From an uncultured delta proteobacterium (lineage in GTDB: Bacteria; Desulfobacterota; Syntrophia; Syntrophales; UBA2185), in NCBI GenBank assembly GCA_963705275.1, contig OY970063.1:668438-732437 (forward strand): a stretch of 64,000 nt of DNA. Direction: 5' to 3'. How positions within the stretch are numbered: the first letter of the stretch is position 1; every line of letters starts with the position of its first letter. The notes under the pieces were generated by a model. The model made no database searches. It was not told the DNA's origin and saw nothing but the letters and a program-made list of their open reading frames with translations. A program made the translations under genes and the position numbers. This document shows, piece by piece, positions 1-9,958 of this stretch.

Positions 1-341
1 TTGAACCCGTTATATTGATCTTTCTTGGCCGTTATCGTTTCAATATACGCTTCCGGATCATAATCGCTCAGGAGAAAATCCTTCACGAGCCACCCGCGCG
101 AGGGGGCGTTCCGCCCGAAAGGGGTTGGTTCACGATAGTTCGTGAGCATAGCGATACTTCCCGTTTTCTTGATGCCCAGCCATGTTCCGCCCCTCTGCAA
201 ATCCCTTCCCGCAATAACGCCTACGGCATCCTCCCACAAAGAGACTGGCGCTGAAGGTCTTTCATAAAACTCATCCCTGTTCGCAGCAAGGATGAGAGGG
301 TATCTCTCATGAGCTTTGTAGGACAAAAATATCATGCACAT
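1..341 (-). CDS. NRDE (TANGO2-like) family protein, N-terminal part; the ORF runs off the left edge
   Basis: My own minus-strand translation gives MCMIFLSYKAHERYPLILAANRDEFYERP...TNYREPTPFGRNAPSRGWLVKDFL...YNGFN, open to position 1. It is absent from the ORF track because it has no stop in the window. The ATG at 341..339 overlaps the GNAT gene end by 10 nt. Confidence 0.75.
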   Translation of the reverse strand, partial: MCMIFLSYKAHERYPLILAANRDEFYERPSAPVSLWEDAVGVIAGRDLQRGGTWLGIKKTGSIAMLTNYREPTPFGRNAPSRGWLVKDFLLSDYDPEAYIETITAKKDQYNGF

Positions 342-868
342 TTCTCAAGCCTCCACAAAAGCCCATTATCCGTTTCTTTATTTATGACCATGCCGACCTT
401 CTCCAGTACTCTGTGCGACGGCAGATTAGACCTCGTGGTTTCCGCAACCAAGGCCGATATATCCGGGCGCTGAAAGATCCATGAGATGCCATTCTTCAGA
501 GCCTCCGTCATATACCCCTCTCTTTGATACTCCGGTCTTATCATATAGCCGATTTGAACCGTACCGTATTCATCAGGATCTCTCTGAAAACAAAATCCTC
601 CTATGATGGCATTTTCCTTCTTTAATATGATGAGGACGCTTTGCCAGTCCGCATACCATTGATCCTGTTTCTTGTTTCTTATTACATCTTCTAGAGAAGC
701 TCTCATCGCTGCTTTTATTTCCCTGTCGATTTTTTCGCCCAGGATCATGCTGGCCAGCTGCAGGCCCAGCTTTTGCTCAATCTTCTGATGGTCGTCCGGA
801 TTTATACTCTCCAGGTCCAGGGGTACCAGCTTCAGTCTCTCCGTTTCTATGGGAATTATATTCGGCAT
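332..868 (-). CDS. GNAT family N-acetyltransferase (RimJ/RimL-like)
   Basis: 178 aa. N-terminal ETERLKLVPL is typical of RimJ-like GNATs. An acetyl-CoA-binding-region-like stretch reads RPEYQREGYMTEAL. Confidence 0.8.
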   Translation of the reverse strand: MPNIIPIETERLKLVPLDLESINPDDHQKIEQKLGLQLASMILGEKIDREIKAAMRASLEDVIRNKKQDQWYADWQSVLIILKKENAIIGGFCFQRDPDEYGTVQIGYMIRPEYQREGYMTEALKNGISWIFQRPDISALVAETTRSNLPSHRVLEKVGMVINKETDNGLLWRLEKCA

Positions 869-876
869 CTTGTGGC

Positions 877-1662
877 TCAGAGCCTCGTCTTGACCTTTTC
901 CATTATCCTCTCCATTGCGACACCGGCAGACTGACGGATAACAACATCTGCGACATCATCGAAGGACGTAGGCGTATTATTGATGATCGCCAGTTTGGCT
1001 CCCCCCTCTTTGGCATACTCGGGCATGTAGGCTGCCGGATAGACAACAAGAGACGAGCCTACGACAATCATGAGATCACATCTTGATGCGTGAGCAGTTG
1101 CATTCTTCAACGTCCATTCGGGAAGGAGTTCTCCAAAGAAAACTACATCGGGCTTCAAAATCCCCTGGCAGCGCTCGCAGCCTGGAACTTGTTCACACGC
1201 ACGGAATTTCTCTATTACATCACCGACAGGATAGCGCTCATCACAGCTCATGCATTTTAACCACCTCATATTGCCGTGCAGCTCATAGATCTTCTCCGGT
1301 GAGTTTCCGGCCTTCTGATGCAGGTTGTCGACATTCTGCGTGATTATACAGTCCAGTTTGCCAATCTCTTCCAGCTCGGCAACGGCAAGGTGGGCCCTGT
1401 TCGGTTTCGCGTCGACGAACAAACCGCCTTCAAGAAGAATCTGCCACTGTTTCTTTCTCGTCTCCGGGCTCGAGAGGAATTTTTGAATGGTAAAATCTTC
1501 CGGATCGAATCTTGTCCATATCCCACCGGGACTGCGAAAATCAGGAATGCCTGATTCCGTGCTGATTCCGGCCCCCGTAAACACAACCACATTTCCAGCA
1601 CGTAATATCAAATCCGCCGCAGCAGCAATCTTACCGCTCAGGTCTTCAATACCCATGATCAT
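877..1662 (-). CDS. cobB: NAD-dependent protein deacylase (Sir2/sirtuin family)
   Basis: GAGISTESGIPDFRSPGGIW NAD-binding motif, catalytic-region HG (ELHGN), and Zn-ribbon cysteines CMSC...CERC. Confidence 0.9.
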   Translation of the reverse strand: MIMGIEDLSGKIAAAADLILRAGNVVVFTGAGISTESGIPDFRSPGGIWTRFDPEDFTIQKFLSSPETRKKQWQILLEGGLFVDAKPNRAHLAVAELEEIGKLDCIITQNVDNLHQKAGNSPEKIYELHGNMRWLKCMSCDERYPVGDVIEKFRACEQVPGCERCQGILKPDVVFFGELLPEWTLKNATAHASRCDLMIVVGSSLVVYPAAYMPEYAKEGGAKLAIINNTPTSFDDVADVVIRQSAGVAMERIMEKVKTRL

Positions 1663-1885
1663 TTCCTATTAATATATGTATAAATTTTTCATTTGCAACA
1701 GAATGCATGCAAGGGCATCCCTGCCGATACTTACTGACGCCTCTAATACACCATCTGCCTGAAAAAAACAAAACGAAAAGGAGATGTTGACACGTCGCCA
1801 CATATCCTCTAAAATCACTTTCCAAAATCTGCATTGACCTTTATTTTATGCACGATTGAGAAGTAATCAACAGGAGGAAATCAAC

Positions 1886-2851
1886 ATGCCGCAGAAGAAT
1901 TGGAAAATAGGAGCATCTATTCTTATATTTCTGTTTTTTTTCGTTGGGATAATGGAGCTGGATGCATTTGCCAGGGCGGGGGGCGGCATGTCGTCCGGAA
2001 GCCGCGGCTCGCGGTCATTCAGCTCTCCCAGCCGATCTTACACACCGCCGTCCCAGTCCCAGCCGTCGATGGCGCCGTCCCAACCGATGACTCCGCAACT
2101 GCCGCGGCAGCAGCCCAGCATGTGGAGGAGTCTGGCCATGGGCGTAGCAGGCGGTTTTCTGGGCAGCTTGCTCTTTAGCGGATTCAGCCATGGTATGGGT
2201 GATGGAGGTTTCGGCGGGAGCGGCATCGGGCTTTTGGATATTATCCTTATTGGCGGTTTGCTTTACATCATATATATGTTCATCAAGAGGCGTAAACAAG
2301 CGGCATCTACGGCCGGTGATTCTTACCAAACGGGCGCTTCCCCGGCGACAGGACAACCTGCGGGCTATTCAGATTCTTCCCGGGACCAGGGCAATGCTGA
2401 AAGCGACGTCCAAACGGGCCTCCGCCATATCCGGCAGATGGACCCGTCTTTTGATGAAGCAAGGTTTCCGGAGATCTGCATGGACAACTTCTTCAAGATT
2501 CAAGGTGCGTGGATCAACCGTGATATGACGGATGTCAAGAATATCCTGACGCAGGAAATGCTTGCTATCCTGCAGAAAGATGTGGACAAGTTGAAGGCGG
2601 AAAAGAAGATCAACAAACTCGACAATATTGCCGTCAGGTCCGTGGAGATAACGGAGGCATGGCAAGAAGGTGGAATGGACTTTATCACCGTCAGATTCCT
2701 CGCCAACCTTCTCGACTATACAGTAAGTGAAAGCGGAGACCTGCTATCCGGCAGCAAGACTGAACCCGTTAAATTCGAAGAATACTGGACATTCACGAGG
2801 CCTGTGGGGAACAACACCTGGCAGCTATCTGCAATTAATCAGGCCAACTAA
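1886..2851 (+). CDS. Tim44-like domain membrane protein with a G/S/P-rich N-terminal region
   Basis: AGGAGG RBS lies 7 nt before ATG 1886 (the track ORF starts at 1856). Signal/TM segment, low-complexity S/P/Q stretch, second TM, and a C-terminal Tim44-like domain (FDEARF...WTFTRP). Confidence 0.7.
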   Translation: MPQKNWKIGASILIFLFFFVGIMELDAFARAGGGMSSGSRGSRSFSSPSRSYTPPSQSQPSMAPSQPMTPQLPRQQPSMWRSLAMGVAGGFLGSLLFSGFSHGMGDGGFGGSGIGLLDIILIGGLLYIIYMFIKRRKQAASTAGDSYQTGASPATGQPAGYSDSSRDQGNAESDVQTGLRHIRQMDPSFDEARFPEICMDNFFKIQGAWINRDMTDVKNILTQEMLAILQKDVDKLKAEKKINKLDNIAVRSVEITEAWQEGGMDFITVRFLANLLDYTVSESGDLLSGSKTEPVKFEEYWTFTRPVGNNTWQLSAINQAN

Positions 2852-3209
2852 GAGTTGTGAAAATTTCTGGCCGGTTCAGAAAGTTTGAACAGTCGGAATA
2901 ATATCATGAATGAGTACTTCCTGAAAGAGAGTATCCAGTAATTTAGGCAGGCGTACATACTTTCACCTGGCAATAGTTGATATTCGGTTATTATTTCATT
3001 GACACAGAAAACCACTTGCCTTGTCTCCGACCATCATGAACCAACTCCTTATCAACATTTAGCCGACCATTTCACACATTTTAGTTTCGCCTCAGGCGAG
3101 GGGTTTCCACCATCCCCATGGAGACACTAAGAATTGACAACCTCTATAAAATGTGGAAAAATATATCTTAATTTATGTGGCATCGGGGTCGGATAAAGGA
3201 GGTAACAAA

Positions 3210-3908
3210 ATGAAAAAGTTGCTTTTTGGAACAATCCTCTTAGCGTTGGTAAGCGCCTTTCCCATCATGACTGTGGCAGAGGTAGGTGTAAGTGTTGGAA
3301 TTTCTATACCACTACCACCACTTATCACATTCGAAGCACCGCCGAATGTAGTCGTATTACCAGACACCAACGGCGTTTACGCTGTTCCTGGTATAAGCGT
3401 AGACCTGTTTTTCTGGGATGGTTTCTGGTGGCGTCCGTGGGAAGGTCGCTGGTATCGCTCACCGTATTATGATCGTGGCTGGGTTTATTACGAAAGTATT
3501 CCAAGATTTTATTTTAACGTAGACCCATATTGGAGAGGATATTATCAGAACCATAATTGGCACGGTCACATTTGGAATTATCAACCGATTCCTCATTCAC
3601 AACTTCAACGAAACTGGAAGAGCTGGCAGAGTAACCGATATTGGGAAAAGAAAAGAACCTGGGGCGTTCAGGGTTATACACCTAAGCCACAACGACAGAG
3701 TCAGGTATTAAGACAGCAGAGACAAACACTATACCAACAAAGACCTGAAGTTCAACAGCATCAGCAATTTCAAAGACAGCAGAGACAAGAACAACAAAGA
3801 CAACCTCAGATGCAGCAACATCAACCTCAGAGACAACAGCAGCATAGAGGTGAATCACACCAGCAGTCTCAGGGACACGAAGGAAAGGGTGAAGAACATA
3901 GAAAGTAG
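3210..3908 (+). CDS. Secreted hypothetical protein, W/Y-rich core with a Q/R-rich tail
   Basis: AAGGAGG-N7-ATG at 3210. Signal peptide MKKLLFGTILLALVSAFPIMTVA. Aromatic-rich core (FFWDGFWWRPWEGRWYRSPYYDRGWVYY). The last ~70 aa are Q/R-rich low complexity. Confidence 0.6.
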   Translation: MKKLLFGTILLALVSAFPIMTVAEVGVSVGISIPLPPLITFEAPPNVVVLPDTNGVYAVPGISVDLFFWDGFWWRPWEGRWYRSPYYDRGWVYYESIPRFYFNVDPYWRGYYQNHNWHGHIWNYQPIPHSQLQRNWKSWQSNRYWEKKRTWGVQGYTPKPQRQSQVLRQQRQTLYQQRPEVQQHQQFQRQQRQEQQRQPQMQQHQPQRQQQHRGESHQQSQGHEGKGEEHRK

Positions 3909-4203
3909 GATGATAAGAAGTTAAGAACCTTACCCTCTACAATATCTGTTGGGTACAATGAATAAACCATAATCGTCAACATTCAGGGCTATTTTGGAAT
4001 AGAGGGTAGCGGGAGATAGAAACTATAACCAAGGGAGAAGAGGCACAACTTCCTTTTTTATAGACTTAGATCCTTCTATTTGTAATTGCTAACTGTCCGA
4101 AAAATCGATTCTGACGAGTCGTAGGTGACATCACCGACTGCTCCGCTTTTTCCTGTAATCGTGCATCAACGCTGCGAGCTTAGCCTGCAAAAAAGGAGTA
4201 ACT

Positions 4204-4968
4204 ATGAAGACGCTATTCCGTATCTTAGTTATTGTCGTTTACTTTGTCGTGACTTCTTCGACACTTCTCTACTCGGCCGATTTCTTTGGAGATGCCTTGA
4301 AAAAGGGACTGCCCCAGTTACCTGAACTCGGCGGCTCTCCCACAGGCCGGGCAGTAGGTGCTGGCCTCGATGACAGCACTATAGCTTCCGGCCTGAAGGA
4401 GGCCCTCTCCATCGGGACCAAGAACGCCGTCAGCCTCGCTTCCAAGTTAAACGGTTATTACGGCAACGAAGCCATCAAGATCCTGCTGCCTGATAAGATT
4501 CAGAAGGCAGCGGAACTGGCCGGAAAGTTGGGTTACCAGAAACAGGTAGATAATTTCATTCTAAGCATGAACCGTGCCGCGGAGAAAGCGGCCCCGAAGG
4601 CGGCCTCTCACTTTGCCGATACCATTAAAGGGATGAGCATCGAAGATGCCCGCAAGATTCTGTCAGGCGGCGATACGGCAGCAACCGAGTATTTCAAATC
4701 AAAAACATTTTCTAAGCTCTACGATGAGTTCAAGCCTAGCGTCTCCAAGAGCATCAACCAGGTCGGAGCGACGCGCGCCTATAATGACATGATGGCTAAG
4801 GTCCCGCCTGTCCCTTTCGCAAAGCCGGAATCGCTCGATCTCAACCACTATGTAACGACGAAGGCCCTAGATGGCCTCTTCTACATGTTGGGACAGGAAG
4901 AGCAGAAGATTAGGACAAACCCCATGGCGCAGACAACTGACCTTTTGAAGAAGGTGTTCGGCAAATAG
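4204..4968 (+). CDS. DUF4197 domain-containing secreted protein
   Basis: Signal peptide, then [14 protein letters not shown]...MNRAAEKA...[17 protein letters not shown], matching my memory of the DUF4197 consensus. RBS AAGGAG upstream. Confidence 0.75.
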   Translation: MKTLFRILVIVVYFVVTSSTLLYSADFFGDALKKGLPQLPELGGSPTGRAVGAGLDDSTIASGLKEALSIGTKNAVSLASKLNGYYGNEAIKILLPDKIQKAAELAGKLGYQKQVDNFILSMNRAAEKAAPKAASHFADTIKGMSIEDARKILSGGDTAATEYFKSKTFSKLYDEFKPSVSKSINQVGATRAYNDMMAKVPPVPFAKPESLDLNHYVTTKALDGLFYMLGQEEQKIRTNPMAQTTDLLKKVFGK

Positions 4969-5061
4969 TCCGGCTTCGTTCATTTTGTTATCCTCCAACA
5001 TGGCATCTTCCCAGAGGCTGCAAAACGACCTGCCATGAAAAATGGAGAAGAAGATGCAACA

Positions 5062-5283
5062 ATGATAGGTTATGTTGGAAACATCGAGAAGCGGACATTG
5101 AAGAACAATTCTTTCAGACAGGCTTTATTCACCGCTAAGAATGCTCGACTGTTTGTAATGTGCCTTCAACGAGGGGAGGAAATCGGAGACGAGGTTCATC
5201 ATGACGTAGACCAGTTCTTATTTGGAAAAGCACACTACCTCGAAAACGTGAAGATGCGATTCAGAGCGCAATGTCTTACTTGA
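5062..5283 (+). CDS. Cupin-domain protein, apparently C-terminally truncated
   Basis: NSFRQALFTAKNARLFVMCLQRGEEIGDEVHHDVDQF resembles the first half of small cupins. The ORF stops about 35-40 aa short of usual cupin length, and its last 8 nt overlap the convergent permease gene. Confidence 0.4.
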   Translation: MIGYVGNIEKRTLKNNSFRQALFTAKNARLFVMCLQRGEEIGDEVHHDVDQFLFGKAHYLENVKMRFRAQCLT

Positions 5284-6112
5284 GTCTTGGGTCAAGGGAG
5301 TCTCGTATACCTTCTCCCAGGAGGTTATAGCCGAGGACGGTAATCAGGATCGCCAAACCCGGATACAGGGAAAGCCACCAGGCAATATCAATATTGTCTT
5401 TACCGGCGGTCAGTATATTACCCCAGCTAGGTGTCGGCGGTTGTACACCGATGCCCAGGAAACTAAGAGCCGACTCGGTGAGAATCGCGCCGGCAACGCC
5501 CAGTGTTGCGGCAACGAGAACCGAGGCCATGGCGTTAGGCAGGATGTGGATAAAGATTATCCTGAAATCGTTCGCGCCTATTGCCCTCGCAGCGAGTACA
5601 AAATCCCTCTCCTTCAGGGACGTGAAGTCGGCCCGTACGAGCCGTGTGATTCCCATCCAGCCTGTTAAGCCGATGATGATCATTATGTTCCAGATGGAAG
5701 GTTCAAGGAGCGCAATCACGGCGAGGATGAGAAAGAAAGTCGGGAAGCAGAGCATTATGTCGACGAATCTCATAATCATGGCATCCGTCCACCTTCCATA
5801 ATACCCTGCCACCGCGCCTAGGATCGCACCGATGACTATGGCGATACCTGTTGCCACAAACCCCACCTTCAATGATATCCTCGATCCCCAGACCATCCGC
5901 GAAAAAACATCCCTGCCCAGCTGATCCGTACCGCAGAGATGGTTTGCAGACGGCGGTGCAAGGACCAGCTTAAGATTAATCTCCTGGGGATCATAAGGCG
6001 CGATCCATGGCGCAAAGATAGATATTACGAAGAGCAGGATGACGACACAGCTCCCGGCCAGGGCTATTTTGTTTTTCTTAAACCTCTTCCAGAAATCCGT
6101 ACCCATACTCAA
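5276..6112 (-). CDS. ABC transporter permease (DppC/OppC type)
   Basis: 278 aa, multi-TM, C-terminal LGEGIRDSLDPRLK typical of peptide/nickel ABC permeases. Confidence 0.9.
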   Translation of the reverse strand: MSMGTDFWKRFKKNKIALAGSCVVILLFVISIFAPWIAPYDPQEINLKLVLAPPSANHLCGTDQLGRDVFSRMVWGSRISLKVGFVATGIAIVIGAILGAVAGYYGRWTDAMIMRFVDIMLCFPTFFLILAVIALLEPSIWNIMIIIGLTGWMGITRLVRADFTSLKERDFVLAARAIGANDFRIIFIHILPNAMASVLVAATLGVAGAILTESALSFLGIGVQPPTPSWGNILTAGKDNIDIAWWLSLYPGLAILITVLGYNLLGEGIRDSLDPRLK

Positions 6113-6115
6113 TAC

Positions 6116-7090
6116 CTATGAAACCCTGATCCTTGGGTCCGCCAGGGCGTAGGAAACATCGGCAATAAGATTTCCCAGTAGCGTCAATACAGCGCCGATC
6201 AAGAGAATTCCCATCACTACAGGGTAATCCCGGGCCATGACAGACATATAAAAGAGCTGCCCCATTCCGGGTATGGCGAAAATGCTTTCGAAGATAACGC
6301 TCCCGCCTATAAGTCCAGGCACAGACAATCCCAGGATGGTTATGACGGGAAGGAGAGCGTTTCTCAAGGCATGCTTATAGATTACCTGGCGCTCGCTCAA
6401 GCCCTTTGCCCTGGCCGTCATGATGTAATCCTGCCTTATCACCTCAAGCATATTGGACCTCATATATCGCGAGAGACCTGCCAGTCCACCGAACGCCGAG
6501 AGCGCAACGGGGAGGATGAGATGCTTCACCATATCCAGAAAGACCATCCCGGGGGGAAGATAATCGTAATTCAATGACCGGATGCCTGATATGGGCAGCC
6601 ATCCCAGGTCAATGCCAAATAAGATCATTAAGAGCAATGCCAGCCAGAAGGTTGGTATGGCGAATCCGACGAACACAAAGACGCTGGTAAACTTATCGAA
6701 AAGGGAATCTTTATGAACTGCGGAAAGGACGCCGATGGGGATAGCGATGACAAAAATCAGCACCATGGAAAGCACGTTGATCAGGATAGTAACGGGCAGG
6801 CGTTCGAGGATCTTTCTCGCCACGGGTCTACGGTCGGGCGAAAATGACTTCCCCAAATCGAGGACGGCAATCTTCCCGACCCAGGACAGGTACTGCTGGT
6901 AAAGCGGCTTGTCAAGATCGTACATCGCATTCAGGCGCTCCCTGTAATCGGCGGATGCCCTGGGGTTCATCTGTGTCTCCATATCGGTGGGAGAGCCAGG
7001 AGCTAGATGCATGACCACAAAGCAGACGATCGTGATGCCGATCAGGAGGGGCACCATGGATATCAATCTCTTAACAATGTACCTGAGCAA
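6116..7090 (-). CDS. ABC transporter permease (DppB/OppB type)
   Basis: [35 protein letters not shown]-terminus and the EAA-loop region [21 protein letters not shown]. Confidence 0.9.
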   Translation of the reverse strand: MLRYIVKRLISMVPLLIGITIVCFVVMHLAPGSPTDMETQMNPRASADYRERLNAMYDLDKPLYQQYLSWVGKIAVLDLGKSFSPDRRPVARKILERLPVTILINVLSMVLIFVIAIPIGVLSAVHKDSLFDKFTSVFVFVGFAIPTFWLALLLMILFGIDLGWLPISGIRSLNYDYLPPGMVFLDMVKHLILPVALSAFGGLAGLSRYMRSNMLEVIRQDYIMTARAKGLSERQVIYKHALRNALLPVITILGLSVPGLIGGSVIFESIFAIPGMGQLFYMSVMARDYPVVMGILLIGAVLTLLGNLIADVSYALADPRIRVS

Positions 7091-7100
7091 ATGCCGCCTC

Positions 7101-7952
7101 CTAACCCTTCTCTTCCCTACCTCCGAACAGATTTAAGGCCTTGATATTCTCCAGAGTGCGCCAGAGGCTCTTTTCTGAATGAGACTCAAGAGTCATGACA
7201 GGCTTCAGCTTCTTTTGATGGATCATCTCAAAAAATGCCTGGAAAGGGAAGTTGCCCTCACCAACCGGCAGATGTTGATCAAGGAGCCCGTTATTGTCAT
7301 GGATATGGATCTGGCCGATGCGGGGCCCCAAGACGTCCATCCATTCTCCCAAGGGTGTGGTGGAGAATACATTAAAATGACCGGTATCGAAACAAAAGCA
7401 TATATGAGGAGAGGTAAATGTATCAAGGAGCAGGCGCAGATATTGACAATCCGTTTCATAGACATTTTCCAGGGCAATCGTGGTATCCGAATCAATGGCC
7501 TGTGCTAAGAGATGCTTCCAGGTCTCAATGCTGTTCTCCAGCCACTCATTCTCGTTTGACACGTAGTATCTCTTATCGAAGGAAGCGTGGCATACTACGG
7601 AGATGGGCCGAAAGTAAGGAACCAGGTCAAAGACCTGCTGCAGGCGCTCCGTGGTAACTTTACGGATTTTCGGATCTATGGCCCCGGGTCTCAAATCCAT
7701 GAATGGTGCGTGGAAACTGATAGTCAGTTTCGCCTCTAAGAGCTGATCAGCAACCTTCATAAAGTCATCTCTCCGGAAATGGTCGAGCGTGAAATGATTG
7801 AAACTGATCTCGGGATTTATCCCTTCTCTTATGACTGTCGGGAGGAACTGATCGCGGAGAAAGTGGAACGGCATATGAACCTGAACAGATTTTAATATAC
7901 CATGCATATTAAATTTCATCACAGTCAGGAAAGATTTGATGTGGTTCCCCAT
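7101..7952 (-). CDS. Xylose isomerase-like TIM-barrel protein (sugar phosphate isomerase/epimerase family)
   Basis: 283 aa with HAPF...ALEN...DTGH...HIHDN metal-ligand pattern of the AP-endonuclease-2/TIM-barrel fold. Heads the operon with the two permeases. Confidence 0.7.
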   Translation of the reverse strand: MGNHIKSFLTVMKFNMHGILKSVQVHMPFHFLRDQFLPTVIREGINPEISFNHFTLDHFRRDDFMKVADQLLEAKLTISFHAPFMDLRPGAIDPKIRKVTTERLQQVFDLVPYFRPISVVCHASFDKRYYVSNENEWLENSIETWKHLLAQAIDSDTTIALENVYETDCQYLRLLLDTFTSPHICFCFDTGHFNVFSTTPLGEWMDVLGPRIGQIHIHDNNGLLDQHLPVGEGNFPFQAFFEMIHQKKLKPVMTLESHSEKSLWRTLENIKALNLFGGREEKG

Positions 7953-8103
7953 TTATCATAGGGAATATTATTTCACAACCGCATTCTCGGCAAATACCTT
8001 CGTTGGCAAGGCATCAAATTCTTATTGCTAAAAACAAGCGGACAATTGTAAGATAATAGAAAGTATTGAGGTTGTCTCAAATACGTACATCCGTTTTTAG
8101 GAG

Positions 8104-8505
8104 GTGTTATTGGTAAAAGAAAGCATAGACGGAAAAGAACGGTTACTCCTGTGCATTAATGCTTCTCTTAAGAGAAAAGCTAAAAACTTAACTATACTAA
8201 ACCTCAAAGAGCTGTCTTCCTTCGCTGACTACTTTATCATCTGCAGCGGCACATCTGACCGACAGGTCCAGTCCATAGCAGCATCAATTCGAGAAAATCT
8301 GAAAGAATATGGCATTATACCCCTGGGGATAGAGGGCGAAAGCCTCGGAAAATGGGTTCTTATGGACTACGAAGATGTAATTATCCACGTCTTCTACGAA
8401 CCGATCAGAGAGTTCTACGATATTGAGAGGCTCTGGCCAGACGTACCAAGTATGAAGGTCGGAGATGATGTAGTAGAAATGACAGCCCTCGATAAAGGGA
8501 TGTAA
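8104..8505 (+). CDS. rsfS: Ribosome silencing factor RsfS (iojap)
   Basis: FADYFIICSGTSDRQVQSIA and DYEDVIIHVF motifs. The true start may be TTG 8110 (AGGAGG at 8099-8104). Confidence 0.9.
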   Translation: MLLVKESIDGKERLLLCINASLKRKAKNLTILNLKELSSFADYFIICSGTSDRQVQSIAASIRENLKEYGIIPLGIEGESLGKWVLMDYEDVIIHVFYEPIREFYDIERLWPDVPSMKVGDDVVEMTALDKGM

Positions 8506-8507
8506 TT

Positions 8508-9230
8508 TTGAAACGTCTGCTCGCAGGACTTTCAGATATCGTATTCCCACCCAGATGTTTGACATGCGATACTATCCTTGCGCATCGTGAGAATATCGCC
8601 TTCTGCGGCGCCTGTTTTTCAAAGATATATTTTATACAATCATCTCTCTGTCCCCGCTGCGGTATTCCATTCGCCGGAGCCGACGGAGGCAGTCACCTGT
8701 GCGGTGATTGTATAGTTTCAAAAGCTGCCTATTCTGCTGCGCGGGCAGTCGGCCGCTACGAAAGCACCCTCCTGGAAGCGATCCACCGGTTTAAATACAA
8801 CGGGAGAATTTCTATAGGTGAAATCCTGGGGAAATTAATGGCAGAATTTGCATATCCGTCCTTCAATATCAGGGACTATTCTCTGATCATGCCCGTCCCT
8901 CTTCACCCGAAAAGGTTGAGGGAACGGGGATTCAACCAGTCCGTAATCCTAGCCAGGGAAATATCTAAGCGATTCCACATACCGTTGGACTTCATGACAC
9001 TCAGGAGGCATGTATATACCGATCCGCAGATCAGCCTGGGAAAGAAGGAGAGGGAAGTGAATGTTCATGGCGCTTTTTCCGTCACAGATGCTGCTACAGT
9101 CAAGGGGCAAGAGATCATCCTCGTGGATGATGTGTACACATCCGGGAGTACGGTAAAAGAATGCGCGAGGGTGCTTATGAAGAACATGGCCGAGCGGGTG
9201 GCTGTTTTGACGCTGGCCAGAGCGGTTTAG
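8508..9230 (+). CDS. comF: ComF family protein (phosphoribosyltransferase domain)
   Basis: N-terminal Cys4 zinc-finger pattern (CLTC...CGAC, CPRC...CGDC). PRTase motif ILVDDVYTSGST. Confidence 0.85.
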   Translation: MKRLLAGLSDIVFPPRCLTCDTILAHRENIAFCGACFSKIYFIQSSLCPRCGIPFAGADGGSHLCGDCIVSKAAYSAARAVGRYESTLLEAIHRFKYNGRISIGEILGKLMAEFAYPSFNIRDYSLIMPVPLHPKRLRERGFNQSVILAREISKRFHIPLDFMTLRRHVYTDPQISLGKKEREVNVHGAFSVTDAATVKGQEIILVDDVYTSGSTVKECARVLMKNMAERVAVLTLARAV

Positions 9231-9317
9231 CACAATGATTCCTTTGAATAATTCTCTTCTTGTTATTACTGCCATCGTCATTGTAGACTTATGCAAGTTA
9301 GAGCTCGATACTAACTA

Positions 9318-9827
9318 ATGGAGAGGGAACAAGTGAATAAGATTTACTCCCGAGAAAAACTGAAGAAAAAAATTGACGCACTCCGCGACGAAGGGAAAAA
9401 GATTGTCTTCACAAACGGCTGTTTCGATATCCTTCACGTTGGACATACCCGATATCTTAGAGAGGCGAAAAAGCGAGGCGATATCCTTGTTCTGGGCCTC
9501 AACAGCGACAAATCCGTCAGATCCTTGAAGGGAGAAAAAAGGCCGCTGATGTCGGAGAATGAACGGGCAGATGTTGTCGCCTCACTCGAATCGGTAGATT
9601 ACGTTACAATTTTCCACGAACTGACCCCCCTCGAGTTGATTGAATATATCAAGCCGCACGTGCTCGTGAAAGGAGGAGACTGGAAAGAGAAAGACGTGGT
9701 GGGACGAAAGTCAGTGAAGAAATGGGGTGGCAGGGTAGTTATTATTCCCGAAATAAAGGGGTCGTCCACAACGAACATCATTGAAAAAGTGAAAAAGGCC
9801 TATTGTAAGCCACTGCCGAAGGCATAA
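9318..9827 (+). CDS. D-glycero-beta-D-manno-heptose 1-phosphate adenylyltransferase (RfaE domain II-like cytidylyltransferase)
   Basis: FTNGCFDILHVGHTRYL nucleotidyltransferase HxGH motif. Stand-alone 169 aa. The alternative start GTG 9333 has a better-spaced RBS. Confidence 0.8.
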   Translation: MEREQVNKIYSREKLKKKIDALRDEGKKIVFTNGCFDILHVGHTRYLREAKKRGDILVLGLNSDKSVRSLKGEKRPLMSENERADVVASLESVDYVTIFHELTPLELIEYIKPHVLVKGGDWKEKDVVGRKSVKKWGGRVVIIPEIKGSSTTNIIEKVKKAYCKPLPKA

Positions 9828-9958
9828 CTTATTGTAATTTTAACAATAAATTCAGTTGTCCGACAAATGATTATTTTCCTTTACAAGAAGGCATTCTTTA
9901 TGTATTAACCACTGTTCAAATAAAGACTTCACGTCAAGTTTTTTACAGGATAAGCCAG

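Noticed and set aside
15-254. Track ORF 15..254 (+), 79 aa
   Set aside because: It is antisense to the clearly recognisable NRDE-family coding frame, starts at TTG, and has no RBS or motif.
58-341. Apparent frameshift or premature stop in the NRDE-family gene at the left edge
   Set aside because: My first hand translation inserted an extra T (I read TTTT where the sequence has TTT at 118-120). That produced a false stop at 58-60. A base-by-base recount shows one continuous frame (…EPTPFGRNAPSRGWLVKDFL…YNGFN) open to position 1, so the gene is simply cut by the window edge.
877-1662. Sir2-domain protein as an anti-phage (Thoeris/DSR-like) effector
   Set aside because: It has the full housekeeping sirtuin architecture (GAGIS...DFRS motif, HG, Zn-ribbon CxxC...CxxC), is only 261 aa, carries no fused sensor or TIR/SLOG domain, and sits with a GNAT gene. 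That is consistent with a protein deacylase.
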